From a virus (Duplodnaviria > Caudoviricetes): a stretch of 25,231 bases of DNA. The stretch covers positions 1 through 25,231 of IMG/VR virus record IMGVR_UViG_3300027785_002571; one strand, 5' to 3'. The notes under the pieces were generated by a model that saw nothing but the letters and a program-made list of their open reading frames with translations, made no database searches and was not told where the DNA came from. Positions 15,802 through 24,821 of the stretch are shown one piece after another. How positions within the stretch are numbered: the first letter of the stretch is position 1; each line of letters begins with the position of its first letter. The position numbers and the translations under genes were made by a program.

Positions 15802-17913
15802 ATGGAATTAATTGAATCTAAATCATTGCTGGCGAAATTGATGGCTACTGAAAACCTTACAGTAGAACAGCGACCAGTACAAACCGCATCATTTAACGTA
15901 GAAACACGGGTATTGACTTTACCTGTGCTTGATAAGAAAATCTCCTCTTGTCTGTATGACTTATTTACAGGACACGAAGTTGGCCATGCACTTTATACAC
16001 CCATGGACGGAATGATTAAAGCTAGAGCCTTGAAAATTTCTAAAGATGTAGCCAATGTAGTCGAAGATTCCCGCATTGAACGTAAAATCAAAAACAAATA
16101 TCCAGGTCTTAAAAACTCCTTTGTCAAAGCTTATGGTGAATTGATGGAAAGAGATTTCTTTGGTATCAAAGGTAATGATATCAATGAAATGAACTTCCTC
16201 GACCGTATTAATTTGCACTGCAAAGGTGGTGCAGCTTTGCGTATCAAGTTTACAGACTTTGAACGTGAGTTGCTGGATGAAGTTGAAACCACTGAAACCT
16301 ATGATGATGTGATTGATGTATCGAAGAAAATTTTCGAATACATGAAACAACAATTCGAAGAACAACAAAAAGAACGTGAAAAGAACAAGGCCGAAGAATC
16401 TGCTTCTGATGAAGATGATTTCGGAGAAGATGATTTCGAAACCACTGATATGTTTGGTGATGGTTTTGGTGAAGATGACGGAGATAGTGATTCTACTAAA
16501 GAAGAAACCTATGAGTTTGAAGATAGTATTTCCGGAGTTGAAGGTGATGAACCTGCTTTCAACCGTGGTTCTGGATCCCAATATCTTGATAAACTTAAAG
16601 AAGAACTGGAAGATTACATCCGTTCTTACACTGATGAAGCATACAAAGAAAATGAAAAGTTGTTATTTGATGGCAATCCAACATCATATGCTTATGTGAA
16701 CATTCCACACATTGATCCTAAACAAGTATTTGACCATAAAGCTTTGTGGAAGTTTTACAAAGCAGATGAAGATGGTTACAATAAGATTAATCTTGAAGAA
16801 TACATGAAGTTTCGTAAAGAGAGTAATAAGGTAGTTTCCTATCTTGTTAAAGAATTCGAACTGCGTAAAAACGCCGACCAAATGAAAAGAGCCAGTACTG
16901 CAAAGACTGGTGAAATCAATATGGCCAAGGTGTTCTCTTATAATTTCAATGAAGATATCTTTAAGAAGATAACTGTTGTTCCTGGTGGTAAATCACACGG
17001 ACTTGTTATGTTCCTTGATTGGTCTGGTTCTATGGTTGACCATATGAGTAACACTATGAAACAAGTTTTTAATTTGGCTTTGTTTTGTAAAAAAGTCAAT
17101 ATTCCTTTTGAAGTATATTCTTTCTTGGAAGATACTGTACCTGAAAAGATGATTAATGTCAAAAGAAAAACTGGTGACTTGCATTTGCATAAGTATGGAT
17201 TGGCTAACATTCTTTCAAGTAGAATGAGTAATTCTGAATTTACATATGCAGCTTCTGCTCTGGCATACATCTCGGGTTTTGGTAAAAGTTATTGTGGTCG
17301 AACACCATCTTGGTTCTCTATGTCTGGTACTCCTTTGAACGAAGCAATCATTCATTCAATGTCAATTGTTCCTGAATTCCAGAAAGCCAACAAGTTACAA
17401 ATTGTAAACACAATCTTTTTGACTGATGGTGAGGGTAGTAATCTCCGTGAGTATTATGATTCTTCATTATATCCAATATTTGTAAGAGGTCAAAAAATGG
17501 TGATTCGTGATCCAATCACAAGATTTGAAGAAGTGGTTGATGTTGATATGAAGAATCAAACTGATGCTTTGGTTAGGCTTCTGAAAGCCAGAACCAAATC
17601 TAATGTTATTGGTTTCTATGTCTGTCATGGCCGTGACTTCAATCGTAAAGTGTATGAATGGTTTCCTAAACAATCGAACCAAGAAGTATTGAAGGCAAAT
17701 TTCCGTAAAGATAAGTTTACAGTCTTGGAAACAACAGGATATGATGAGTATTATATTCTCCGTTCAGCTGGCCTAGATACTGATGAAGAAACATCTTTTG
17801 AAGTGAAAGATAATGCTACTAATCGTGGTATTGCAAGTGCTTTCACTAAATATAATGGTAACCGGATGGGTAGCCGTGTTATATTGAACAGATTTATTAA
17901 ACTAATTGCTTAA
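15802..17913 (+). CDS. HEXXH metallopeptidase-like / vWA domain protein (CobT-like)
   Basis: HEVGH, NVVEDSRIE, acidic linker, MIDAS DWSGS, GTPL, LTDGE; AGGAG RBS. Confidence 0.85.
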   Translation: MELIESKSLLAKLMATENLTVEQRPVQTASFNVETRVLTLPVLDKKISSCLYDLFTGHEVGHALYTPMDGMIKARALKISKDVANVVEDSRIERKIKNKYPGLKNSFVKAYGELMERDFFGIKGNDINEMNFLDRINLHCKGGAALRIKFTDFERELLDEVETTETYDDVIDVSKKIFEYMKQQFEEQQKEREKNKAEESASDEDDFGEDDFETTDMFGDGFGEDDGDSDSTKEETYEFEDSISGVEGDEPAFNRGSGSQYLDKLKEELEDYIRSYTDEAYKENEKLLFDGNPTSYAYVNIPHIDPKQVFDHKALWKFYKADEDGYNKINLEEYMKFRKESNKVVSYLVKEFELRKNADQMKRASTAKTGEINMAKVFSYNFNEDIFKKITVVPGGKSHGLVMFLDWSGSMVDHMSNTMKQVFNLALFCKKVNIPFEVYSFLEDTVPEKMINVKRKTGDLHLHKYGLANILSSRMSNSEFTYAASALAYISGFGKSYCGRTPSWFSMSGTPLNEAIIHSMSIVPEFQKANKLQIVNTIFLTDGEGSNLREYYDSSLYPIFVRGQKMVIRDPITRFEEVVDVDMKNQTDALVRLLKARTKSNVIGFYVCHGRDFNRKVYEWFPKQSNQEVLKANFRKDKFTVLETTGYDEYYILRSAGLDTDEETSFEVKDNATNRGIASAFTKYNGNRMGSRVILNRFIKLIA

Positions 17914-17923
17914 GGAGATGAAT

Positions 17924-18160
17924 ATGGGTAGTGACATATATTCAGAATATTATGGATCCGGTAGAAAAGCTACTGTCACCCGATTAAGACGGGGTGGTGA
18001 TCCTTTTTTTGATGCTTGGGAAGTTACTATGTATGTTGAAAACAGGGTTATTCAACGAAGCTCTGTACGTTCAGAAAATGAAGCTGAGGGTTTGGCTGAA
18101 TCTTTCGTACAAGGTGGTGATGGCAACCAGATTTTGTTGAATGAGGTTATTAATGGATAA
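17924..18160 (+). CDS. Hypothetical protein
   Basis: AAGGAG at 17912-17 favours ATG 17924; ends QILLNE. Confidence 0.65.
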   Translation: MGSDIYSEYYGSGRKATVTRLRRGGDPFFDAWEVTMYVENRVIQRSSVRSENEAEGLAESFVQGGDGNQILLNEVING

Positions 18161-18431
18161 AAAGACCAAAGAGATTTTCTGTATTGCACAAGAAGAATGT
18201 GCTGAAGTAACACAGGCAATCTCAAAGATTTTCCGTTTCGGTTTTGATTCTGTACATCCAGTTACTAAGAGAAGTAATATGGAAAACTTGGAAGAAGAAA
18301 TTGGTGACCTTTTGGCTATGATTGATATTATGGTAGAGAAATGTATAGTTTCTGATAGTAACATTAATGCAGCCAGAATTGCTAAAAAAGAGAAACTGAA
18401 AATCTGGTCTAATATTTACAAAGAGGTATAA
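18153..18431 (+). CDS. MazG-like NTP pyrophosphohydrolase
   Basis: QEECAEV.QAISKIFRFG and LEEEIGDL motifs; GAGG RBS before ATG 18153. Confidence 0.8.
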   Translation: MDKKTKEIFCIAQEECAEVTQAISKIFRFGFDSVHPVTKRSNMENLEEEIGDLLAMIDIMVEKCIVSDSNINAARIAKKEKLKIWSNIYKEV

Positions 18432-18432
18432 G

Positions 18433-18909
18433 ATGGAATACGATTATAAAGCATTTGAATCTAATCTAATCAAACTATTGGAAAATAGGACTCAGGTTCT
18501 AGAACCAGAAATTGGTGATAACATTTCTCCTATCAAATCCATTAAAATGGCCTTTGACGGTTATGGTGACTTAGAGACCGAAGTTGATGGTGAATATGTA
18601 TATACAGAACATGGTAATGAGAACATGGAGTCTTATGTCGTTTATATACATAAAGATTCGGCAAAAAGAGATTTTGAATTTCCAGAACATGAAACTTTTC
18701 AATTCACCTTTGGTGGTATGATACAACATAGGCCAGCAGAAGAAGTTTGTTTATTTGCGTGGCATGAATTCATTGATAACGGTGATACTACTGGTTGGAC
18801 ATGGCACATCATTCCATTGGAAGATAGGTTATCAGACGATAGTACTATGACCGCCGAACAAGTGGTAGAGATTTTAGAGATTCTAGTTAATAGAAATTTC
18901 CCAGAATGA
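18433..18909 (+). CDS. Acidic hypothetical protein
   Basis: 158-aa ORF, GAGG RBS, ATGA overlap with the next gene. Confidence 0.7.
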   Translation: MEYDYKAFESNLIKLLENRTQVLEPEIGDNISPIKSIKMAFDGYGDLETEVDGEYVYTEHGNENMESYVVYIHKDSAKRDFEFPEHETFQFTFGGMIQHRPAEEVCLFAWHEFIDNGDTTGWTWHIIPLEDRLSDDSTMTAEQVVEILEILVNRNFPE

Positions 18910-19775
18910 TAACATTCTCATCAGGGATCACAATAGGTCCAAATTTATTAATTAACTTACCACGTCCAGAGTTTCAAGTAACCGGCGGTACCGTAACTAC
19001 GAATGCGAATGGTTTATATACAATACACACCTTTACAGCAAATGGCACATTAACTCTTTACAGTACGCAAAATAAAACGTTTGATGTTCTTTTAGTTGGT
19101 GCTGGCGGCGGTTCTGTTCCGGGTACCGCAACCGGCGGTGGTGGTGCCGGTGGTGTTGCATACATACCTGGTATATCAATTTACGCTGGAGATTATGCAG
19201 TCACATATAATGTTTCAGTAGGTCAAGGCGTTGCTGAAGTCACCTATTACACCGAACGTGGTGGCCAAGGACAAAATAGTTCATTCTTAACATATAGAGC
19301 ACTTGGTGGCGGTGGTGGCGGCAATCAAAACGGCAGCGGCGAGCAAGGTGGCTCAGGTGGCGGTGGAGGAGGTGGAAACCCAACAGGCACTGGCCTTGGT
19401 GGTGCAGAAAAACAATCAGTCCATGCTACTGGTGGTTTCGGTGGAAACGGTTTTAATGGAGGCAATTCTTTGTCAGGCGCAAGAGGTGGTGGTGCCGGTG
19501 CAGATGGATGGAACGGCCGTGCATTTGATATATCAGGCACATCGACATATTATGGTGGCGGCGGAGGCCGAGGCAGAACAAACGGTCAAGGCTCCGGTGA
19601 AACTACACAATCACTTGGCGGCGGTGGATGGGGTGGCGGCGGTGCTAATCCAGCAGGTTCAAATGCGACTGCCGGTGCACCTAATACTGGTGGTGGTGCC
19701 GGTGGTTGGGGTACACCTTCCGGAACACCGCTTGCTGGTGGTTCAGGTATCATCATCATACGATATCTAACTTAA
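18906..19775 (+). CDS. Glycine-rich domain protein (putative virion appendage/adhesin)
   Basis: TGGT...YTIHTFT..G, LLVGAGG, GGGGAGG, ISGTSTYYGGGGG, NTGGGAGG, GGSGIIIIRY. Confidence 0.8.
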   Translation: MITFSSGITIGPNLLINLPRPEFQVTGGTVTTNANGLYTIHTFTANGTLTLYSTQNKTFDVLLVGAGGGSVPGTATGGGGAGGVAYIPGISIYAGDYAVTYNVSVGQGVAEVTYYTERGGQGQNSSFLTYRALGGGGGGNQNGSGEQGGSGGGGGGGNPTGTGLGGAEKQSVHATGGFGGNGFNGGNSLSGARGGGAGADGWNGRAFDISGTSTYYGGGGGRGRTNGQGSGETTQSLGGGGWGGGGANPAGSNATAGAPNTGGGAGGWGTPSGTPLAGGSGIIIIRYLT

Positions 19776-19790
19776 CATAAAGATAAAAAA

Positions 19791-20627
19791 ATGGGAACAA
19801 TAACATTTGGACCAGGAATAACAATAGGCCCAAGTATATCTGCTGGTATAGTTGGAGCACATGATGCAGTACTTACTGGTGGTACTGTTACAACTGTCGG
19901 TGATTATAAAATACACACATTTTTAACTAGTAGTTCGTTTTCTTTAACCGGATCTTCACTTGGTCCTAATGGATTAAATGTTGAGATATTAACAACTGGC
20001 GGTGGTGGTGCCGGATCAGGTAATGGTGGAACTCCTGGAACTAACAAAGGTGGTGGCGGCGGTGGCGGCGTTCAATATGTTTCATCACAAGCATTGGCTG
20101 CAGGTGTAACATATACTGTTACTGTTGGTGCCGGTGCAACATCTAGCACCACGTCTGTTGCACCACGTAAGGGTAATAATGGTAATAGTTCATCAGTAAT
20201 TGGTGGTGCAGTATCAATTACAGCTGGAGGTGGCTCTGGTGGTTCATATAACATCACTGCAGGAAGTAGTACTAGCGGAACACCTCAATCATACGCAGGT
20301 GGTCAAAACAGTCCGTCAACCGGTGCCGGCGGCGGTGGTGCTGGTGGTTATTCTACTGGTGTCAATGGTGCTGATGGATATTCTTCTAACATTTCAGGCA
20401 CAACAAAATATTATGGTCCAGGTGGTGGAGGGTTTACCTCTGCATTACAAGGTGTTGGTGGCGCAGGCCAAGCAGCCCTTGGTGGAGGTACTAGTGCAAC
20501 AGCATATCTAGGAACAGCAGGTACTGCTGGTTCAGTAAATACTGGCGGCGGTTCTGGTGTTTCTACCACCCCAACCACTTATGCTGGTGGTTCAGGTATT
20601 ACTATCGTCAAATATCGGTTTCAATAA
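19791..20627 (+). CDS. Glycine-rich domain protein, paralogue of the preceding gene
   Basis: Same architecture: ITF..GITIGP, TGGTVT..YKIHTF, ISGTTKYYG.GGGG, NTGGG, GGSGITIVKY. Confidence 0.8.
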   Translation: MGTITFGPGITIGPSISAGIVGAHDAVLTGGTVTTVGDYKIHTFLTSSSFSLTGSSLGPNGLNVEILTTGGGGAGSGNGGTPGTNKGGGGGGGVQYVSSQALAAGVTYTVTVGAGATSSTTSVAPRKGNNGNSSSVIGGAVSITAGGGSGGSYNITAGSSTSGTPQSYAGGQNSPSTGAGGGGAGGYSTGVNGADGYSSNISGTTKYYGPGGGGFTSALQGVGGAGQAALGGGTSATAYLGTAGTAGSVNTGGGSGVSTTPTTYAGGSGITIVKYRFQ

Positions 20628-20676
20628 CCCTCTATTTCTTCCAGCGCTTCCAGACTATTTCATTTAAGGAACCAAA

Positions 20677-20982
20677 ATGCGTAAACTATTTCTTCTATCA
20701 GCACTCCTGATAGGCAACACAACATATTCGCAAGAGGCTTTTAATCTTACGAAACAAGTAAAATGTGGTAATGCCGAGTTTGTGATGAGCCACTTTGCAG
20801 AGAAATTCGGAGAACTGCCTATATGGGCCGGCAAAACCAACTTTGGTACACACATGACACTGATGTACAACAAAGAGAAACGAACATGGACCATAGTGGA
20901 ATATGAAGCTAAAATCGCCTGCGTAATAGGTTCTGGCGACAACAGTAGTAGTCCTGATTTAGGAATACCGACAAGTTTCTAA
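20677..20982 (+). CDS. Secreted hypothetical protein
   Basis: Signal peptide, C.....FGE.P, N...TWTIVE...ACVIGSG; AAGGA RBS. Confidence 0.7.
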   Translation: MRKLFLLSALLIGNTTYSQEAFNLTKQVKCGNAEFVMSHFAEKFGELPIWAGKTNFGTHMTLMYNKEKRTWTIVEYEAKIACVIGSGDNSSSPDLGIPTSF

Positions 20983-20985
20983 AAA

Positions 20986-21156
20986 ATGCGTAAGTTAATT
21001 TCGTTATTGTTGTACACCGTCAAGAGACTGGTACAAATAGCAATCATTTGCTTATTTCTCTTGGTTGGTTCCATGTTCTGTGTTATAATAGTCGGCATAG
21101 GCTATGGTGCCATCAAAGAAACAATCAAACTTTATAATGGAGAGAAATCACAATGA
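20986..21156 (+). CDS. Small membrane protein (56 aa, not in ORF track)
   Basis: MRKLISLLLYTVKRLVQIAIICLFLLVGSMFCVIIVGIGYGAIKETIKLYNGEKSQ; ATGA overlap with the next gene. Confidence 0.55.
   Translation: MRKLISLLLYTVKRLVQIAIICLFLLVGSMFCVIIVGIGYGAIKETIKLYNGEKSQ
21061..21089 (+). promoter_or_regulatory. Possible sigma70-type promoter
   Basis: TTGGTT, 17 bp, TG-n-TATAAT (TATAAT at 21084-89), upstream of the 403-aa gene. Confidence 0.4.
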
Positions 21157-22364
21157 GTTTATCACATACAGTACCACTATCAGAAAAAACATTTACACAA
21201 GAACACGTAGAACTTTCAAAGGCTTACATCAATCCAAAAGTTTGGCCCGGACTCTACAACAACAAAGTACTTAGTAAAAATTTTCCTGGTTTAAAATTTA
21301 AAGACCGCCGGGTTATGGCCATCAAAGATATCATATATGATATTCCAGAAGACCAACTGGACCAATATCCATTAATTATGCGGGGATTTGCTGTTAAAAA
21401 TAAAATGATGGTACAATCGGCTCGTTCTAACGGCCGTGGTAATAAAGCACCAGAAGTTTGGGCAAGTATTCGCCAGAATGGTTATGTTCTTTCTCATATA
21501 CCAATGGCCGCTTGTCTAATGATGGATAAGAAAGTATACTTCAATGATGGTCGTACCAGATTGGAAGAATTAATCGCACAAGGGTTCACTCACGCTCTCG
21601 TAGATTACTACGAATGTTCAGACTGGCATTCATTTGTTATGTTTTCTTTATATCGTAATCCAACAGAAAATCCACGTTCACCACAAACACTAAACGATGT
21701 TATTACAGGTGGTATTAATGAAGTAACCACTGGTCGCCTAAAAAATACACAAAGTGATATTGAACATTTTGTGAAAACTGTTACGAATGATGCATATGGT
21801 AGTCAAAAATTTGGAATGATAGTACAAGGCATCCAAGCAGGTAAAAAATCAACCTCACAATCATTCAAAGAAGAAGAAGCAAAATCTTGGTTAACAAGTA
21901 TGGGTTATAACAATAACGAAAATGACAATGGTATCTATTACTTGGTTGTTTCTATTGAATCAAAAACTTCAACAATCTTGGCCGCTGCAAACGAATTAAC
22001 TCGACTAAAGTCAATCGGTGTTCAAGTCAAGAAACTAAGATTGGTTATTAATCCAGGCACACTCAAAGGTGCTAATCCAGAAAAATCATGGAAAGATGGT
22101 GCAGATAGTTTTATTCAAACTCACAAAGAAAGTCTAAACGTAATTAAGGATTGTTATTTTAATGGTACTAAATTGGATAATATCATTGAACTTTACGGCA
22201 TCATTCCATCAGTATTCTCGTTGGCTCAAGAATATCCATTAGACAAACTGGTGATTTTTGATAAAATCTTTAGTACACACCAAAAAACATTTCAGGATTT
22301 GGGACTCTCAGTTGGTATGACAGAATTAATTTATGGGCACAAAGAGGGTGTATTGCATGAGTGA
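21153..22364 (+). CDS. Hypothetical protein with ParB/sulfiredoxin-like N-terminal domain
   Basis: SIRQNG....P........YFNDGRTRL resembles the ParB/Srx GxxR motif; GGAG RBS. Confidence 0.55.
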   Translation: MSLSHTVPLSEKTFTQEHVELSKAYINPKVWPGLYNNKVLSKNFPGLKFKDRRVMAIKDIIYDIPEDQLDQYPLIMRGFAVKNKMMVQSARSNGRGNKAPEVWASIRQNGYVLSHIPMAACLMMDKKVYFNDGRTRLEELIAQGFTHALVDYYECSDWHSFVMFSLYRNPTENPRSPQTLNDVITGGINEVTTGRLKNTQSDIEHFVKTVTNDAYGSQKFGMIVQGIQAGKKSTSQSFKEEEAKSWLTSMGYNNNENDNGIYYLVVSIESKTSTILAAANELTRLKSIGVQVKKLRLVINPGTLKGANPEKSWKDGADSFIQTHKESLNVIKDCYFNGTKLDNIIELYGIIPSVFSLAQEYPLDKLVIFDKIFSTHQKTFQDLGLSVGMTELIYGHKEGVLHE

Positions 22365-22572
22365 AGAATCACAATACAAATACGAAGGACAAAAGGTTCC
22401 GTTTTCGCTTGCTGGATCATTCTCAATAACCGACTGGCCGAAAGCAGTGGGACATTGGGTAATATGTCCAGGAGCTTTAAAAACAACATTTGCTATGTAC
22501 AAGAAACCTCTACGAATACAGATTTGGTTTACAGAGAAACTGTTAGGCTGGAAGTGGGAAGATGCAAAATGA
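22357..22572 (+). CDS. Hypothetical protein
   Basis: Start probably ATG 22357 after GAGG; Trp-rich C-terminus KP..IQIWFT..LLGWKW. Confidence 0.6.
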   Translation: MSEESQYKYEGQKVPFSLAGSFSITDWPKAVGHWVICPGALKTTFAMYKKPLRIQIWFTEKLLGWKWEDAK

Positions 22573-22796
22573 AGTATTACTCAATATCATTTCCAGGTGA
22601 GTGTGGGCAAGATGTAGTGGAGACTTGGTCAGAGAAACAGATTCTATCTAGTGGTTGGTATAAAAACTGGATACTGATGATGGTGCAAGGAGACAAAGCA
22701 CACCTGATTCATGACCAGTCTGCAATTGATGATTGGTGTGTAGTTCATTGGGCCGTTGAGGTTGAGAAACCTGGTTGGACTTCTGGTTGGACTTGA
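22569..22796 (+). CDS. Hypothetical protein
   Basis: ATGA overlap start MKYYSISFP; SEKQIL...Y..W...M and IDDWCVVHWA. Confidence 0.65.
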   Translation: MKYYSISFPGECGQDVVETWSEKQILSSGWYKNWILMMVQGDKAHLIHDQSAIDDWCVVHWAVEVEKPGWTSGWT

Positions 22797-22799
22797 GCC

Positions 22800-23105
22800 G
22801 TGACACACAATCACAATCTACTTTGTCAGACCAGATCGTTGTATAATGAGCCTTATCATACGGTGAGACCAACCTTGGTGTACAGGATGGAACAATGGGA
22901 TGGCATGGTTGCATGGTCTGAAAGAGAATTTGGTCCTGCCAGCGTCAGAGTTCCTGGTATAATTGGACAAACTGTGAAAATTCTACAACCAGGAGCTAGA
23001 TACTATGTGGACCCCACATCGTTTTGGTTTAGAAATACCAAGGACCGTGACAGTTTTATAAACCATTGGACACAGGAGTTGAACCATGAATATATCTATT
23101 GCTAG
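22800..23105 (+). CDS. Hypothetical protein
   Basis: W..M..W..R.FG ... FWFRN.KD...F...W pattern of small phage proteins; start uncertain. Confidence 0.55.
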   Translation: MTHNHNLLCQTRSLYNEPYHTVRPTLVYRMEQWDGMVAWSEREFGPASVRVPGIIGQTVKILQPGARYYVDPTSFWFRNTKDRDSFINHWTQELNHEYIYC

Positions 23106-23379
23106 TGCATCCGTAATGCCTGTACTTAATACCTCTGCCATGGCCGGTCGCAGAGTTGATAGAAATGAACAACTGGCGGATGAACACTATGATAAAATTG
23201 ATGAATACTATGATGTCAAACGCAGTGATTGGCAAATGAATCGTGCAAGTTTTCAGGATCATGAAGAGGCCAAATATATTGCCGAAATCAATGCATACCT
23301 CAGCCTCAAAAGACGAGTAGAGTATGGTATATATCAATACGGTAAATTTTTAGGATACAACTTGGATGTATCCGTATGA
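23086..23379 (+). CDS. Hypothetical protein
   Basis: AGGAG RBS; ends G.NLDV.V. Confidence 0.6.
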   Translation: MNISIASASVMPVLNTSAMAGRRVDRNEQLADEHYDKIDEYYDVKRSDWQMNRASFQDHEEAKYIAEINAYLSLKRRVEYGIYQYGKFLGYNLDVSV

Positions 23380-23660
23380 GTAGACAATATATTGTTGCTG
23401 GTAACTATGTCCAATATCACCAATGGATAAGCGAGAGAATGATTCCATCTTCAGATTGGGTCTATGTATACGATAGCAGTACTATCAGAGGTATCAGAAA
23501 CCCTACAGGCAGACTCATTGGTACTTGGTATGAAAGAGAGGATGCTATGGATATTCTGGTGGCTCTGAGAGTGGCATCGGATGTGAAAAATGAGAACCTT
23601 GAGAAGGCCTTAGTGTTGTGGATAGAATCGCAAACTGAAAAATCTGTGGGTAATGTATGA
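23376..23660 (+). CDS. Hypothetical protein
   Basis: ATGA overlaps; YIVAGN..Q...YV.....IRG..NP.G.LIGTWYER.D. Confidence 0.65.
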   Translation: MSRQYIVAGNYVQYHQWISERMIPSSDWVYVYDSSTIRGIRNPTGRLIGTWYEREDAMDILVALRVASDVKNENLEKALVLWIESQTEKSVGNV

Positions 23661-23821
23661 AAGAAACCATAGAGAACCTTGAAGAAGGTGTAGAGAGAAA
23701 CACAGATAAAGGCTATGAGATTGGTACTATGGAAGAAGCACAGAAATTTTCAGAAAATCGTAAGATGGACCTGGAAAAAAATTTCGTGGATGCTTTGGAG
23801 GCCCCAGAAAATAAAAATTGA
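23657..23821 (+). CDS. Small acidic protein (54 aa, not in ORF track)
   Basis: MKETIENLEEGVERNTDKGYEIGTMEEAQKFSENRKMDLEKNFVDALEAPENKN; ATGA overlap; last + strand ORF. Confidence 0.5.
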   Translation: MKETIENLEEGVERNTDKGYEIGTMEEAQKFSENRKMDLEKNFVDALEAPENKN

Positions 23822-23939
23822 GAAAAAAGAGTTTGACCAGGTGGAGCTTTTTTAGCTAATCACATATCCACCACGCCCCCATCCTACCGGCTAATAGTCA
23901 CCAGCTCAGCCACCAACACACACCAGCCAGCTAGTGACC

Positions 23940-23974
23940 AAAAAAAAGGACTGGGAGCAAAGCTCAACCAGTCC
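23940..23974 (-). terminator. Rho-independent terminator of the - strand block
   Basis: On the - strand GGACTGG-TT-GAGC-TTT-GCTC-CCAGTCC followed by T8. Confidence 0.8.
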
Positions 23975-24013
23975 CGAAAGAAGCACGGTTTTCAGTGCCA
24001 TACCTGTCCTGTA

Positions 24014-24661
24014 TTAAGCGGCTACTGCCAACCTTATAACCTTTGCCATTTTGCGGCCGTGAGCAATATATCCGACAACTGGCACATCCTTAGAATAGCA
24101 AGCACGGCAACCAGCACACTTGCCGCCTGTAGTAGGCGCTGTGCAAGCCTTAACACCTACTGGCACAGGCATGTCAGCTGGTAAAATTGTAGAGCCATGC
24201 ACGCCTACAGTGTACGTACCATCCACAGCATCGCTACTAGGGCGTACCATGACATTAGGCAGAGCAGCCATGTCAGCCAACACAGCAGAGAATTTAGGAA
24301 ACTTGTGCATCCTAGTGGGCAACCAGTGCTTAGTATCTGGTGTAGCTACCATGACAGCGTACATTTTAACTGCCAATGCAAGGCTGTACATGTCGCCGCT
24401 GTCAAACCAGCGGAAGAAGCGCTGCTTGCGGAGGGCGAAAATCATAGAATCAACCCATCCAGCTTCTTGCCATGCAGCTTTATTGTCGGCACGGACTGCT
24501 TTTGTGCCTTTGAAATTATAGCAGCCTGTAGTAGCGTAGCACCCAGAGCATGCGTCCACCAAAACACCGGAAGCAGACAAGCTTCCAGGACAAGTCTCCA
24601 GAGCTTGCAGAGACCAGCTCAAAATATTATCGAGCTTTGAGGTTTTGGACAATTTATTCAT
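24014..24661 (-). CDS. Gp88-like Cys-rich protein (possible Fe-S/radical-SAM-like)
   Basis: Start MNKLSKTSKL at 24661 (TAATG overlap); SWSL.A..TCPGS...CSGCYA, FRWFDSGD, HWLPTR, PNV.VR.S, C-terminal C........C..C..C...Y..H. Confidence 0.75.
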   Translation of the reverse strand: MNKLSKTSKLDNILSWSLQALETCPGSLSASGVLVDACSGCYATTGCYNFKGTKAVRADNKAAWQEAGWVDSMIFALRKQRFFRWFDSGDMYSLALAVKMYAVMVATPDTKHWLPTRMHKFPKFSAVLADMAALPNVMVRPSSDAVDGTYTVGVHGSTILPADMPVPVGVKACTAPTTGGKCAGCRACYSKDVPVVGYIAHGRKMAKVIRLAVAA

Positions 24662-24789
24662 TAGATTAATCCTACAATAGTATGAAAAGCGGCAATTGAG
24701 CAATCAACGCAGCTCTGGAAGAATTTAAGAGTAGCGCCGTGACACACAGCACCGAATAAAGAACCTGCAATAAACATTAAAATTTTCAT
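24661..24789 (-). CDS. Small hydrophobic protein
   Basis: MKILMFIAGSLFGAVCHG...; stop overlaps the next start; lies just downstream of a promoter. Confidence 0.5.
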   Translation of the reverse strand: MKILMFIAGSLFGAVCHGATLKFFQSCVDCSIAAFHTIVGLI

Positions 24790-24821
24790 AATTCGCTTTC
24801 GTTTTTTGATTTGATGGAAGG

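Noticed and set aside
15961-16581. 206-aa antisense ORF and the other antisense or alternative-frame ORFs in the track
   Set aside because: Shadows of well-supported + strand genes, with Phe/Ile-rich composition and no RBS or motifs.
19303-20511. Val/Ala-rich alternative-frame ORFs (19303-19770, 20200-20511)
   Set aside because: By-products of GGT/GGC glycine codon runs.
20673-20996. Adjacent genes both starting AAAATGCGTAA (MRKL)
   Set aside because: Only 11 nt shared; a common signal-peptide start, insufficient for a duplication claim.
24120-24640. Two + strand ORFs over the Gp88-like gene
   Set aside because: Antisense shadows in GC-richer DNA; promoter, terminator and motifs support the - strand gene.
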